A stretch of DNA of 64,000 nucleotides from Nannocystis pusilla (GTDB taxonomy: Bacteria > Myxococcota_A > Polyangia > Nannocystales > Nannocystaceae). Where the stretch lies: the NCBI RefSeq assembly GCF_026626665.1, contig NZ_JAPNKE010000002.1, positions 3,373,168 to 3,437,167 on the forward strand, written 5' to 3'. This document shows, piece by piece, positions 1 through 10,060 of the stretch; within the stretch, counting starts at the first letter, position 1; each line of letters opens with the position of its first letter. A model generated the notes under the pieces. It saw nothing but the letters and a program-made list of their open reading frames with translations, ran no database searches and was not told the DNA's origin. Position numbers and translations under genes: made by a program.

Positions 1-309
1 ATCAGCACGGCGGCGGGCGTACGGGGCGGGAACAGGCGGACCATCGCGCTCGTCATGGGCGCGCGAATGTACCCCGGCGCCGCCGCCTGACGACCCGTGC
101 GACCGGAGCGCGCGCCGCCGCAGCCGCGGTTCGTTCGCGCGCGCTTTCACACGAGCCGCTCCGGACGCGCCCGTGGCGACGAGCCCATGCGAGCGCGACA
201 GGCGAGGCCTCGCAGCCTCAGGCCCGCGGATGATCGACCTGTCTCTCGAGACATCCCGTTTCTCCCCCTCACCGGCGCCCTCGGACTCGACGAGCTCTCG
301 GGGCAGCAC

Positions 310-560
310 TCGCGCGCGGCGGGTCGGAATTCATCTGTCTCCGGGGACAGCCCAATTCGCACCCGTCACCCGCCCCTCGGACCGGCCGCTCTCTCGGACA
401 CCACTCGCGCGCGAACGCGACGGCTCCGAATTCACCTGTCTCTCGGGACAACACATCCTGCCCCGGCCTCGACGCCCGCGATTCACCTGTCTCTCGGGTC
501 AGCCGTCGTCCCGCGTCACCTTCGCCTCCGAAGCACCTGTCCTCCAGGACATCTCGCCCG
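310..560. repeat. four copies of an about 55-bp unit carrying the TGTCyC-N2-GGGACA palindrome (GAATTCACCTGTCTCTCGGGACA)
   Basis: Units at about 318, 427, 482 and 537. Confidence 0.8.
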
Positions 561-582
561 CTCGCCCCGCCCCCGCCGGCCT

Positions 583-1062
583 TCACGTCAACCGCTTGCG
601 CATCGCCACGCAGCGCTGCGGCGGCCGCGTGCCGGCGTCGCGGGGGTCGCGGCGCCAGCCGAGCCGCTCGTAGAAGCCGACCGCGTTGAGCGTGGCCGAC
701 AGGCGCAGCTCGGCGGCGCCGAACGCCCGCGCCACTCGCTCGACCCGCTGCATCAGCCGCAGGCCGAGCCCGCCGCCGGTCGCGTCCGGGCTGACGTACA
801 TCGCTCGCACCTCGCGGGTCGCCAGGCGGACGGCCGCGAACGCCACCACTCGCCCGGCGCGCTCGGCCACGTAGACCGTCGACGAGCGCAGCATGCGGTC
901 GTACAGCCCCGGGCTCGGCGCGAGCCACTGCTCGATCGCCTGCGGCGAGTAGTGGCCGGCGCACAGCGCTCGCACCGAGGCAGCATGGACCGTGGCGATC
1001 GCGGCGAGGTCAGCAGGCCGCGCCAGCCGGATCGACGGCGCCCGCACCGCATGAGTGTACAC
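583..1062 (-). CDS. GNAT family N-acetyltransferase
   Basis: 159-aa ORF with GNAT-like motifs (VAFAAVRL...MYVSPDATGGGLGLRLM, acetyl-CoA-binding-type segment); clean ORF in a high-GC context. Confidence 0.7.
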   Translation of the reverse strand: MYTHAVRAPSIRLARPADLAAIATVHAASVRALCAGHYSPQAIEQWLAPSPGLYDRMLRSSTVYVAERAGRVVAFAAVRLATREVRAMYVSPDATGGGLGLRLMQRVERVARAFGAAELRLSATLNAVGFYERLGWRRDPRDAGTRPPQRCVAMRKRLT

Positions 1063-1085
1063 TTGGAAGAGGAGTCATTCGCACC

Positions 1086-1796
1086 ATGCATCACCACGGT
1101 ATCCTGGCGCTCGGCGTCGCCGGCCTGCTCCTCGCCGCATGCGGCCCGGGGACCGCGAGCAAGGCCGAGCCCACCCCGGTTCCGAGCAAAGTCGCCGCGC
1201 CCCCGCCTGCCGAGGTCACCCCGGCTCCGCCGCCCGCGCCCGCGCCCGCGCCCACGGGCCCCGGCCAGCTCGACACCGAACTCGTACGCACCGCCGGCAC
1301 GGCCCAGGGTGTCGAGAAGATCAAGGTCGAGCTCGAGAAGGACGGCTCGGTGCGCTACCTGTCCGTCTATCACCAGGACCCCGCCGCCGTGCCCGAGGCG
1401 GTGCGCAAGCAGCTCGAAGCCACCTACCCCGGCGCCAAGGTCCTGCGCTACGAGACCGAACACGTGGTCCCGCACGGCCGCCTGCACGAGGTCGAGGTCG
1501 AGACCGCCGACAAGCAGCAGTGCGAGCTCAGCGCGAGAGCCGACGGCGGCGTCGTCTACACCGAGTGCCACATCGACGCCAAGGCCCTCCCCGAGCCCGT
1601 GCGCGCCGCCTTCGCCAAGGCTCACCCCGGCGTTGCGATCAAGGAGGTCGAGAAGAAGACCCTCACCGGGGCCGGCGACGAGTACGAGATCGAGTTCGAG
1701 GCCGGCGGTCGCCTGCACGAGCTCTACTTCAAGCCCGACGGCACGGTGATCCGCCACGAGCTGGTGGTCCCCGCCGTCATCGAGGTCCCGGCCTAG
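1086..1796 (+). CDS. lipoprotein with two PepSY-like repeats
   Basis: N-terminal lipoprotein signal (LLLAAC lipobox), Pro/Ala-rich linker, then two similar about 70-aa repeats (VEKIKVELEKDGSVRYLSVY... / VAIKEVEKKTLTGAGDEYEIEFEAGGRLHELYF) typical of PepSY-type domains. Confidence 0.65.
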   Translation: MHHHGILALGVAGLLLAACGPGTASKAEPTPVPSKVAAPPPAEVTPAPPPAPAPAPTGPGQLDTELVRTAGTAQGVEKIKVELEKDGSVRYLSVYHQDPAAVPEAVRKQLEATYPGAKVLRYETEHVVPHGRLHEVEVETADKQQCELSARADGGVVYTECHIDAKALPEPVRAAFAKAHPGVAIKEVEKKTLTGAGDEYEIEFEAGGRLHELYFKPDGTVIRHELVVPAVIEVPA

Positions 1797-1996
1797 CCGT
1801 TCGGACATGCCCCAATAGACAGCTCTCGCGCGCCCGGTCGCTCGCGCGCCCCCCGCACCGACGCAGGGGAGCTGTCCTTTGGACCAGCTCGATCTGCGAC
1901 CGCCGCTCCCGGCCACGCGATGCCGGCGACCCAAGCGAGCGCGCCGCCGCGGGGTCTCCCCGGGGCGGCGCACTTGCTCAGTTGTCGACGCAGGAC

Positions 1997-2521
1997 TCAG
2001 TCGTCGCCGTAGTCGTCGTCGCGCCGCCGGCCGCCACGACCGCCACGACCGCCGCCGCCGCCGCCGCCGCGACCACCGCCGCCGCCGCCGCGACCACCGC
2101 CGCCGCCGCCGCCGCCATAGCCGCCGCCGCCGCCGCCGCGACCACCGCCGCCGCCGCCGCCGCCGCCCCAGTCACGGCCGCCGCCGCCGCCGCCGCCACC
2201 GCGGGGACCGCCGCCACCGCCCTGGAAGCCGCCCGACGGGGCGCGCTCGACGAAGGGCCGCGAGGGCCGATCGCTGCGGGCGCGCTCGACCGCGGCGTCG
2301 CAGCGGATGGTCCGCCCGTCGAGCACCGCGCCGTTCATCGCCTCGAGCGCGGCACGACCGGCCGCCTCATCGGCGAACGTCACGAACCCGAAACCATGGC
2401 TGCGCATGGTCTCCTTGTCCTTGACGACGATCGCCTCGTCGACCTTACCGAAGGGTTCAAAGGCCGCGCGCAGGCTCTCGTCGCCCGTCGCCCACGCCAG
2501 TCCACCGACGAAAATTTTCAC
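1997..2521 (-). CDS. RNA-binding protein (RRM domain) with glycine/arginine-rich C-terminal tail
   Basis: MKIFVGGLAW...HGFGFVTF = RNP2/RNP1 motifs of an RRM; C-terminal GGGGGGR repeats; GTG start preceded by a GGAGAGAGA RBS. The tail produces mirror-image poly-Ala/poly-Arg artefact ORFs on the other frames. Confidence 0.85.
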   Translation of the reverse strand: MKIFVGGLAWATGDESLRAAFEPFGKVDEAIVVKDKETMRSHGFGFVTFADEAAGRAALEAMNGAVLDGRTIRCDAAVERARSDRPSRPFVERAPSGGFQGGGGGPRGGGGGGGGRDWGGGGGGGGGRGGGGGGYGGGGGGGGRGGGGGGRGGGGGGGRGGRGGRRRDDDYGDD

Positions 2522-2952
2522 TTCTGTCTCTCTCCTATTCTCTCTTCACTGCACGCCACGTCGGCCGTGGCTCGCGGCGCCCTGAGCGGGACCGCGTCGT
2601 TGCGTCGACACTCCACAAGCGACACGCCGGACGCACACGCGCGACGCGACCGGAGCGAGGCCGGCTGCGACCCGGCGGGCTCCGTGAGTGCCGATTGAGG
2701 TCATGACCAGAGGCAGGATCCGCCCTCGGCCCGGGCCCTGTCAACCTCCGCGAACCCCTCCGGCGGCGATTTCACCTCACGCGGCTGGGGCCTGGACTTC
2801 ACCTCACCCCCTGGAATTGGCGGCCCGGGCGGCCATGCCGCGCCGGCCTCCACGAGCCGGCGGATCGCCTCGCAGGCCGGCGCACGCCGAGGTGGGCGTG
2901 CCCTCCCCCACATTGCCGCGCCGGCGGCCCGGGCGGAGGTAGAGTCCGCCCC

Positions 2953-4866
2953 GTGCCGATCGCAAGCCTGCGCCAGGTCGAAAAGAGCTACGGCGTCCGT
3001 CGCGTCCTCGCCGGCGTCAACCTCACCCTGATGACCGGCGAGCGTGTCGGGCTGGTCGGCAACAACGGCTCGGGAAAACCACTCTGGCCCGGATCCTCGC
3101 CGGCCTGGACGTCCCCGACGCCGGTGAAGTGGTCCTCCGCCGCGACGCCGCGATCGCGTACCTCGAGCAGGAGCCGCGCCTCCCACCCGGCCTCACCGCC
3201 CTCGAAGCCGTCCTCAGCGGCCTCGGCCAGTGGTCTGCCGCCCGCGCCCGCTACGACGCGGCCACCGCGAGCCTCGAGCGGGCCGCGGGGGCGGCGGTCG
3301 ACGCCCTGGTGGCCGAGCAGGCGGCCGCCGCCGCGGAGATCGAGCGCTGCGGAGGTTGGTCGCGGGCGGCGGAGGCCGAGTCCTACCTCGCGCGCCTCGG
3401 CGTCCGCGATCCCGCCGCGCCGACCGAGCGCCTCAGCGGCGGCGAGCGGCGCCGGGTCGCCCTCGCGGCCCTGCTGGCGCGCCGGCCCGACCTCGCGGTG
3501 CTCGACGAGCCGACCAACCACCTCGACGTCGCCGCGATCGAGTGGCTCGAGCGCCACCTCGCCGAGGACTACAGCGGCGCCGTCCTCCTCATCACCCACG
3601 ACCGCTACATCCTCGACCGCGTGTGCACGCGGACCTTCGAGGTCGACCGCGGCGAGGTCTACGCCTACGACGGGGGCTTCGGCGCCTACCTCGAGGCCAA
3701 GGCCGAGCGCATGGCCCACGCCCAGCGCACCGAGGCCAACCGCCAGAACTTCCTCCGCCGCGAGCTCGAGTGGTTGCGGCGCCAGCCCAAGGCGCGGACC
3801 ACCAAGCAGACCGCGCGGGTCAACCGCGCCGAGGCCGAGCTGGCCAAGTCGGGCCCGCAGCGCGAGCGTCGGGTCGAGCTGTCCCTCGAGGCAGCTCGCA
3901 GCGGCAAGACGATCCTCGAGCTGCGCGGCGTCACCCTCGAGCTCGGCCGCGTCCTCGTCCGCGACTTCACCCTCGCCCTCAATCAGGGCGAGCGGATCGG
4001 CGTCGTCGGCCCCAACGGCAGCGGCAAGACCACCCTGCTGCGCTCGATCGTCGGCCAGCTCCCCGACCGCCGGCGAGATCGTCCGCGGCAAGCACACCGC
4101 GATCGCCTACCTCGACCAGAACCGCTCCGGCCTCGACGACGACCGCAGCGTCTACGACAACATCGCCGAGCGGCGCCGCGGCCTCGAGCTCGGCGGCGGT
4201 CACCCGCTCGACATCGCCCGCTACCTCGAGCGGTTCCTCTTCGACCCCAGCGCCTACGCCCAGAAGGTCGGCTCGCTGTCGGGCGGCGAGCGGGCCCGCG
4301 TCGCCCTCGCGGTGCTGTTGTCGGGCGCCTCCAACCTCGTCCTCCTCGACGAGCCCACCAACGACCTCGACGTCGCCACCCTCGGCGCGGTCGAGGAGAT
4401 GCTGCTCGACTTCGCCGGCGCCGCGATCATCGTCACCCACGATCGCTGGTTCCTCGATCGCGTCGCCACCTCGATCCTCGCCTTCGAGGGCGACGGCAGG
4501 GTCGTGCGCCACCACGGCAACTACAGCGACTACCTCGAGCGCCTGGCCGAGACCGAAGCGGCTCCCGAACCACAGCCCGCCGCACGAGCCGCGCCTGCGG
4601 CCGCCAAGACCGCTGCGCCCGCCGCGAAGCGCGGCCTCAACTACTCCGAGAAGCGCGAGCTCGAGGGGATCCTCGGCAAGATCGAGGCCGCCGAGGGCGA
4701 GGTCCAGGAGCTCGAGGCCAAGCTGGGCGACCCCACTGTCTACAGCGCCGGCAAGGACCAGGTCGCGGACCTGGTGCGCAAGCTCGACGCGGCCCGTCAG
4801 CGCGCCGCCGCCCTCGTCACGCGCTGGGAGGAGCTCGAGCAGCGGAGCGCGGGCGCCGGGGCCTGA
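2953..4866 (+). CDS. ABC-F family ATP-binding cassette protein (Uup/EttA-like), reading frame interrupted twice
   Basis: Two ABC ATPase domains ([11 protein letters not shown]...[10 protein letters not shown]; second Walker [12 protein letters not shown]; [11 protein letters not shown]...[10 protein letters not shown]) and a C-terminal coiled coil. The frame shifts by -1 inside the first Walker A (ggctcgggaaaacc, about 3076) and back by +1 at about 4066 (ccccgaccgcc). Both are single-base indels in short runs, so I treat them as probable sequencing errors. Confidence 0.8.
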   Translation: MPIASLRQVEKSYGVRRVLAGVNLTLMTGERVGLVGNNGSGKPLWPGSSPAWTSPTPVKWSSAATPRSRTSSRSRASHPASPPSKPSSAASASGLPPAPATTRPPRASSGPRGRRSTPWWPSRRPPPRRSSAAEVGRGRRRPSPTSRASASAIPPRRPSASAAASGAGSPSRPCWRAGPTSRCSTSRPTTSTSPRSSGSSATSPRTTAAPSSSSPTTATSSTACARGPSRSTAARSTPTTGASAPTSRPRPSAWPTPSAPRPTARTSSAASSSGCGASPRRGPPSRPRGSTAPRPSWPSRARSASVGSSCPSRQLAAARRSSSCAASPSSSAASSSATSPSPSIRASGSASSAPTAAARPPCCARSSASSPTAGEIVRGKHTAIAYLDQNRSGLDDDRSVYDNIAERRRGLELGGGHPLDIARYLERFLFDPSAYAQKVGSLSGGERARVALAVLLSGASNLVLLDEPTNDLDVATLGAVEEMLLDFAGAAIIVTHDRWFLDRVATSILAFEGDGRVVRHHGNYSDYLERLAETEAAPEPQPAARAAPAAAKTAAPAAKRGLNYSEKRELEGILGKIEAAEGEVQELEAKLGDPTVYSAGKDQVADLVRKLDAARQRAAALVTRWEELEQRSAGAGA

Positions 4867-4947
4867 CGTCGCGGCGCGGCCGGCGTCCCGCGCGTCCGCG
4901 GACTTTATCCGCTTGGGTGTCCGCGCAACTGCTTCTATCCTGCCCTC

Positions 4948-6315
4948 GTGCCCCGCCTCGCTCTGGTCGCGCCGTTCGCCCTCCTCCTCGCCTCGGGCCC
5001 CCTCCTCGTCGACACCGCGCAGGCCGGCCCGGTCCAGTTCGTCGAGCAGCGCAAGAACTTCATGGTGTTCGACGACGACGGCACCGTCGAGCACGCCAAC
5101 TGGTTCTCGCGCACCGGCTTCTACAACGGTTATGGCCCGCTCGAAGAGGGCTTCCTCGCCGCGCACCCGGACGACGCCCAGTTCATCGTCGTCTACTCGA
5201 CCTTCGACCTGGTCGACGGCGTCGGCGCCTTCTATCAGTCGCTCGCCAACGACGTCGCCGGCATCGGCTACTCGCACGCCGCCGACTTCGACCCGGTGAT
5301 CCCGGCCGAGTTCTTCGACGACACCCCGAACAGCCAGTTCATCGGCATGCTGCACATGAACAACTGGCGGAAGTTCATCAAGACCGGCACCGAAGAGATC
5401 GACGACTGGTGGATCTCGCTGGTGTTCGGCCAGGAGCTCGGCCACGCCTGGCTGGCCTTCCCGCACGTCGCCGGCGGCGGCAACACCGAGCTGCTCCTCG
5501 GCCGCTCCCAGGCCCACTGGAACTTCTACATGCACACGAACGGCTCGCCGGTCGAGGGCCACCGCTGGACCGACAACGGCGACGGCACCTTCACCGCCGA
5601 CAAGCTCGACCAGTTCGAGTTCAGCGACCTCGACCTCTACCTCATGGGCCTCATGGATCCCTCCGAGGTGAAGCCGTGGTTCGTCATCGAGGACCCGCAC
5701 GACTGCATCGACTCTGCGCTGCCCGACCAGGCCTGCCCCGAACCCAACTCGTTCCTCTTCAAGGCCGAGAACTTCACCGTCAGCGGCACGCGGCGCGACG
5801 TCACCATCGACGAGGTGATCCAGGCCGAGGGCGAGCGCGTCCCCGCCTACCCCGACGCCCCCAACGAGTTCGGCATCTCCTTCGTCCTCCTCAAGCGCCC
5901 GGACGAGGTCCTGTGCGAGGAGGAGTACGCGGTCATCGACGAGATCGTCGACCGCTCGATCAACATGTGGGTCGGCCAGACCCGCGGCCGCGCCAACATC
6001 ATCAACCGCACCTTCAGCGCCGACCCGGTCCGCCCCGGCGTGTTCTGCGAGGCCGGCACCAGCACCGGCAGCGACGACACCGGCGCCGACCCGACCGGCA
6101 GCGACGACACCGGCCCGACCGAACCGACCACCACCGCCACCACCGACCCGACCACCTCGAGCAGCAGCAGCGGCGGCCGCGATGAGGGCAGCGACGGCGA
6201 CACCGGCGGCAGCAACACGGACAGCGGCTGCGGCTGCCGCTCCCACGAGCCGGCCCCCGCCCTCGCCCTCCTGCTCGCCCTCGCCGCGGTGCGCCGCCGC
6301 CGCGAGCGCACCTGA
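4948..6315 (+). CDS. secreted protein with C-terminal MYXO-CTERM-type sorting signal
   Basis: N-terminal signal peptide (LALVAPFALLLASGPLLVDTAQA). C-terminus is a Thr/Ser/Gly-rich linker, then GCGCRS, a hydrophobic stretch and RRRRERT, matching the myxobacterial C-terminal sorting architecture. Central domain unassigned; no clear HExxH. Confidence 0.8.
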   Translation: MPRLALVAPFALLLASGPLLVDTAQAGPVQFVEQRKNFMVFDDDGTVEHANWFSRTGFYNGYGPLEEGFLAAHPDDAQFIVVYSTFDLVDGVGAFYQSLANDVAGIGYSHAADFDPVIPAEFFDDTPNSQFIGMLHMNNWRKFIKTGTEEIDDWWISLVFGQELGHAWLAFPHVAGGGNTELLLGRSQAHWNFYMHTNGSPVEGHRWTDNGDGTFTADKLDQFEFSDLDLYLMGLMDPSEVKPWFVIEDPHDCIDSALPDQACPEPNSFLFKAENFTVSGTRRDVTIDEVIQAEGERVPAYPDAPNEFGISFVLLKRPDEVLCEEEYAVIDEIVDRSINMWVGQTRGRANIINRTFSADPVRPGVFCEAGTSTGSDDTGADPTGSDDTGPTEPTTTATTDPTTSSSSSGGRDEGSDGDTGGSNTDSGCGCRSHEPAPALALLLALAAVRRRRERT

Positions 6316-6758
6316 CCTCAAAGCCAGCTCACGCCATCGGCGGACCTGGCTTGAAAGCCAGCTCACGCTCGCCGCCGCCGCCCGCCGCCCCACCGGCCGG
6401 CAGTCGTCGACGACACCCCTTCCTCACGCGCACCGACCCGAGCGGACCGTGGAGGACGTGAAGAGGCGCCTGTTCGGCGGCCAACCCTGGCCGTCGAACA
6501 GGCGCCGAGCAACGTGTCCCGAAGGACATCCTCCACCGAGACCGATCGTGTCGGCCCTCACGGCCGCAGCCGTGCGTGGGATCGGCGGACCGACCGAGGC
6601 CGGCGTCCCACCGCGAGGTCCAGTCGGCAATACGTGACGGCCAGCGCTCCGATCTTCGCTGGCCCCCGTCGATTGACCCCGAGCCTCACATGACCCGAAG
6701 GCCATGTCCCAAACTTTTCACCCGCAGCGCCCCAACGGCGCCTCACATGACCTGAAGG

Positions 6759-7082
6759 TCAGATCGCCATCAGCACCGGCACCGGGTGCATGTGGAACGC
6801 GCCCGGCACCGGGCACGCCCCCACCCGCGCCGCGCGGCGGGCCGTGAAGTGCATGATGGTGGCGCGCAGCTCGTCGCTGGTCGGCTTGAGCAGCGTCGCC
6901 ACGTACTGGTAGCCGATATCCTCGAAGTCGTCCTCCGGCTCTGCGTGGCACAGATAGCCGCGGCGATCGAGCCAGAGCGTGCGATGGCCGTGGTACTGCG
7001 CGAGTTCATCGACGAGACGGGCGACCTGCGGTTCGAGCGACACCATGGGTGCAGCCTTTACACACCTCGATCGCCGCCGCAA
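6759..7082 (-). CDS. hypothetical small protein
   Basis: About 95-107-aa ORF directly downstream of, and co-oriented with, the BtuF-like gene. No recognisable motifs. Confidence 0.3.
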   Translation of the reverse strand: MRRRSRCVKAAPMVSLEPQVARLVDELAQYHGHRTLWLDRRGYLCHAEPEDDFEDIGYQYVATLLKPTSDELRATIMHFTARRAARVGACPVPGAFHMHPVPVLMAI

Positions 7083-7100
7083 AAAATCGGCGCTCCGCGA

Positions 7101-8130
7101 TCACAGGCTGGCGATCGCGCGCGCCATGATGCGTGCCGCCTCGAGCATGTGCGGTCCCGGTCGACCCGAGTAGCGCTCGTCGAGCTTCACCACGCGGCCG
7201 GCGCGGGCCGCTCGCAGCGCCTCGAGCCCGGGCCGGTGGATCAAGTTGTCGGGGTCGAGCTTGTCGATCGCCACCCCGCACCACGACACGAAGCAGATGT
7301 CCGGGTCGGCCGCGACCAGCTCGGCCGGCGTGATCTCGAGGCTCGCGCCGGGCCGGTCGGCGAACACGTTGACCCCCCCGGCCAGGTCGATGAGGTTGTT
7401 GCTGAAGCACGCGGCCCCGGGGGTGAACATCGGCCGCGGCCACCACTCGAGGTAGACCCTCGCCGGTCGCGGCGGCCGACGCTGGCGCAGCGCGGCCGCC
7501 TCGGCCTCCATCGCCGCCACCACTTCTTCGGCCCGGCCCGGCACCTCGAGGTCCGCCCCGGCCAGCCGCACCTCGGCGATCACGTCGGCGATCGATCGCG
7601 GCGCCAGCACCCGCTGCGGCACCCCGCGCGCGCAGCCCGGTGACGATCCGCTCCATCCCCGGCACCGAGAGCGAGCTGAACACAAGGTCAGGTCGCAGCT
7701 CGGCCACGCGATCGAGATCCGGCCCGAGGTCCGGCCCGAGGCGCTCGCACCTGGCCGTCTCCGGCAACGAGTCCGACGAGTCCTCGCACGCGATCACGCG
7801 GTCGAAGCAGCCCAGGCTGGCCACCAGCTCGGCGTTCGACGGCGCCAGCGTGATGACCTTTCGGACAGCCTGCGAGGCGCTCGACCCGAGGTCGGACAAC
7901 GTGAATCGTTCCGAGCAGATGGCCTGCCCCTCCTCGTCGATCGCACGAAGCTCGCGAGAGCCGCGCGCGGCGAGCCAGGCGCGGGCCGCGTGGAGCAGGT
8001 CGGGGTCCTCCTCGACCGCGGTCCGGGGCAGCAATTGCCGACCGAGCGAGAACACCGCGACCTGTGCGTGACCTCCGCCGCGCGGCCGGAGTTCGAACGC
8101 CTGCGCCGCCTCCTCGGCCGCGTGTGGCGG
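7101..8130 (-). CDS. periplasmic-binding-protein fold (BtuF/FhuD, type III PBP-like) protein, N-terminus uncertain, one frame interruption
   Basis: The N-terminal half (RKVITLAPSNAELVASLGCFDRVIACEDSS...LRPDLVFSS) and the C-terminal half (ARVYLEWWPRPMFTPGAACFSNNLIDLAGGVNVF...DPDICFVSWCGV) are on different frames. They join at a GGGG run near 7620. No signal peptide is evident, and no ABC permease or ATPase genes are adjacent. Confidence 0.5.
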
Positions 8131-8296
8131 CGGCACCGAGGGCGAGCGGACGGCCACGAAACGGCGGGTCTCCCACTGATGCTCGGGCTTTCGCACGGTC
8201 GGGAGACTGGCTGCTGGATCCAGAAACGGCAGGGGCCCTGCCGCAACCGGCAAGATTTCTGCCGATTTTGCGGCGCCCGATCCGACTTCGGTTAGA

Positions 8297-9126
8297 GTGC
8301 CGGCACACAGGAGGACCTCTATGGAGATCTCGATCAAGGACGCCGCCGATTTGCTGGGCAAGAGCGAGCGCACCGTGCGGCACATGGCCCAGACCGGGCG
8401 CCTGCCCGCCCGCCGCGTCGGCTCGCGCTGGCTCATCGACCGCGACGACCTCATGTCCGGCAAGTACAGCGGCCAGGACGGCGACGACGCCGCGGCCGAG
8501 GCTGCCGAGACCGCCGAGGCCGAGGCGCCGGCGACCGACGTCCAGGAGGACCACTTCGACGACGCCGAGGAGGCCTCGACTTCGGCCGAGCGCCCGCGCC
8601 TGCGGTTCGACCGCGCCCTGCCGCCGGGCACCCCCTCGGTGCGCGCGCTCGACAGCTTCCACATCGCGGCCGACTTGCTGGCCGAGCTCGGCGACCTCCG
8701 CCGCGACCTCCGCGACGCCGCACACCTCCGCGACGCCGAGCAGAACCTGCGCGGCTTCATCCAGGCGCTGGCCGACGGCATCCACGCCGACCTCGGCGAT
8801 CAACCCGAGCGCTTCCGGGCCGCGCGCACCCAGGTGTGTGCCGCCTGACCGACCTCATCCACTTCAACGTCACTCACGACAAGCCGGACCTGACCCCGCT
8901 CGTCGATCGCATCGAGCACGAGCTGCTCAGCTCGTTGCAGGTCCTCATCGGCACCGCCGACGAGCGCTCGAGCTGGCGCTACCGCGTCCGCGGCCTGGCC
9001 GAGCGGACGGCCGCGCGCGTGTTCTCGCGCCTGCGCGGGATCGCCGGCGACGGCCGCGTCGGCGCCCGCCTGGCCGCCCTCGAGGAGCGCTTCTTCGGCG
9101 CCTCCGCGCCCGTCGCGGTCAACTGA
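8297..9126 (+). CDS. helix-turn-helix DNA-binding domain protein (excisionase/MerR-like HTH at N-terminus)
   Basis: MEISIKDAADLLGKSERTVRHMAQTGRLPARRVGSRWLIDRDDL is an HTH_17-type motif. It is followed by an acidic linker and a C-terminal domain that continues in a second frame after a (GT)n slip near 8826. Confidence 0.55.
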
Positions 9127-9150
9127 ACGTCGTCCTGGACGAGCGCGGTC

Positions 9151-9188
9151 GGGCATGTCCTTCGGGACATGTCCGGCCGCACATGTTT
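9151..9188. repeat. GGACATGTCC-family palindromic element (REP-like), 2-3 units
   Basis: ggcatgtcc-ttcg-ggacatgtcc-ggccgc-acatgt. Confidence 0.85.
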
Positions 9189-9280
9189 TAAAGTCAGCCC
9201 ACGCGGGCGGCGCGCGCGATACGACCTTTTGACTTGTTCGTCCGCTCGACCCGGATCAGAACTCCGGCGGAGGAACCATC

Positions 9281-9670
9281 ATGAGACTCCCGCCTCCGCG
9301 CCTCATCTTCTGGATCGTGGCGGTCTCGTGGATCGGCGGCTGTACCCCGGGCCCCGGGCCCACCGATCCGGACGGACCGATCATCCGCACCCCCGAACCC
9401 AAGCCCGTCTCGCAGCTGCCGGCGCGACAGCTCGCCGCCCTCGGCGACGCCGCCCTGCTGTCTGCCCCGCAGTGTCACGCCTGCGGCGACAGCAGCTGTG
9501 CACGCAACACCCCCGACGACGTCTGCCTGGTCCAGTGCAGCAGCTCGGGCGTGCGCCGCTGGGACCTCGGTCAGCTCGCCGACCAGGAGTGCGACCCCGC
9601 CGCGCACAACTTTTGCGAGGCCAACGGCCTCGGCCGCGTGCTCGACTTCTGCTGGGGCGGCTACTCCTGA
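9281..9670 (+). CDS. small cysteine-rich lipoprotein
   Basis: Signal peptide plus lipobox (WIGGC); 10 Cys in the mature about 100 aa. Confidence 0.5.
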   Translation: MRLPPPRLIFWIVAVSWIGGCTPGPGPTDPDGPIIRTPEPKPVSQLPARQLAALGDAALLSAPQCHACGDSSCARNTPDDVCLVQCSSSGVRRWDLGQLADQECDPAAHNFCEANGLGRVLDFCWGGYS

Positions 9671-10060
9671 GAATGCGCTCGCTCGCGCTCGTGCCTGTCG
9701 ACCTGACCCTCGAGCGCGCGCGTGGCCTCACCGCATGTCCACGCGGACATGTTCCTCGGACTGCCGGGGGGCGGAGATACCGCAGCCCATGAACATTCGC
9801 GCTGACTCTCGAGCCTGGTGACGGCTCGGGCTGGCCGAGTCGCTCACGAGCGCAGATGCCTCGGAGGACCGGCTGCCCGCTTACCCGCTTACGGTACGGA
9901 CTCCCCGCCTGGGGTGTCGAGCAGGCGCTCGCCCCCTGGCCGAGCTGTCTGCGCCCCAGGACATGTTCCTCGGACCAGCCCGCCCGGGCGACGCCACCGG
10001 CGACCGAGCCACCACGAGCGGCATCGGCCGCATGGGCCGATGCCGGGCGCGGCCGCGACG

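Noticed and set aside
1-90. Partial CDS at the left edge (either + strand ending TGA at 88-90, or - strand starting with ATG at 54-56)
   Set aside because: Both frames are open and have high GC3. 90 bp is too short to decide orientation or identity.
97-1749. 550-aa ORF, and similar very long Arg/Pro/Ala-rich ORFs throughout the window (for example 753-1973(-), 3129-6185(+), 3979-6393(-), 9818-12115(+), 16894-19194(+), 21471-24017(+), 42372-44450(-) upstream part, 52069-54747(-))
   Set aside because: These are alternate-frame or antisense read-throughs typical of 70% GC DNA. They have low-complexity R/P/A/G composition, and they overlap strongly supported conserved genes on the other strand or frame (GNAT, ABC-F, metG, M4 protease, carB, and others).
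1879-2424. Poly-Arg ORF (+) and poly-Ala ORF 1978-2217 (-) overlapping the RRM gene
   Set aside because: They are mirror or alternate-frame translations of the GGC/GGT repeats encoding the glycine-rich tail of the RNA-binding protein.
2953-4866. ABC-F gene as a genuine pseudogene (Walker A destroyed)
   Set aside because: The two frame changes are single-base slips in short runs, and they restore a perfect protein when corrected. The same error type recurs in about a dozen other genes, so assembly error is the simpler explanation.
9130-9190. Short ORFs encoding TCPxGH-type peptides (for example 8064-9191 tail ...RACPSGHVRPHMF, 49349-49921 MVKRTCPNGHA, 49859-50164 ...RTCPFDHAPSGMSFQPCPKEHVHEHMPSAPG), as a family of small Cys/His proteins
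   Set aside because: They are translations of the GGACATGTCC repeat arrays in intergenic DNA, not genes. The 'motif' tracks the repeat, not a reading frame.
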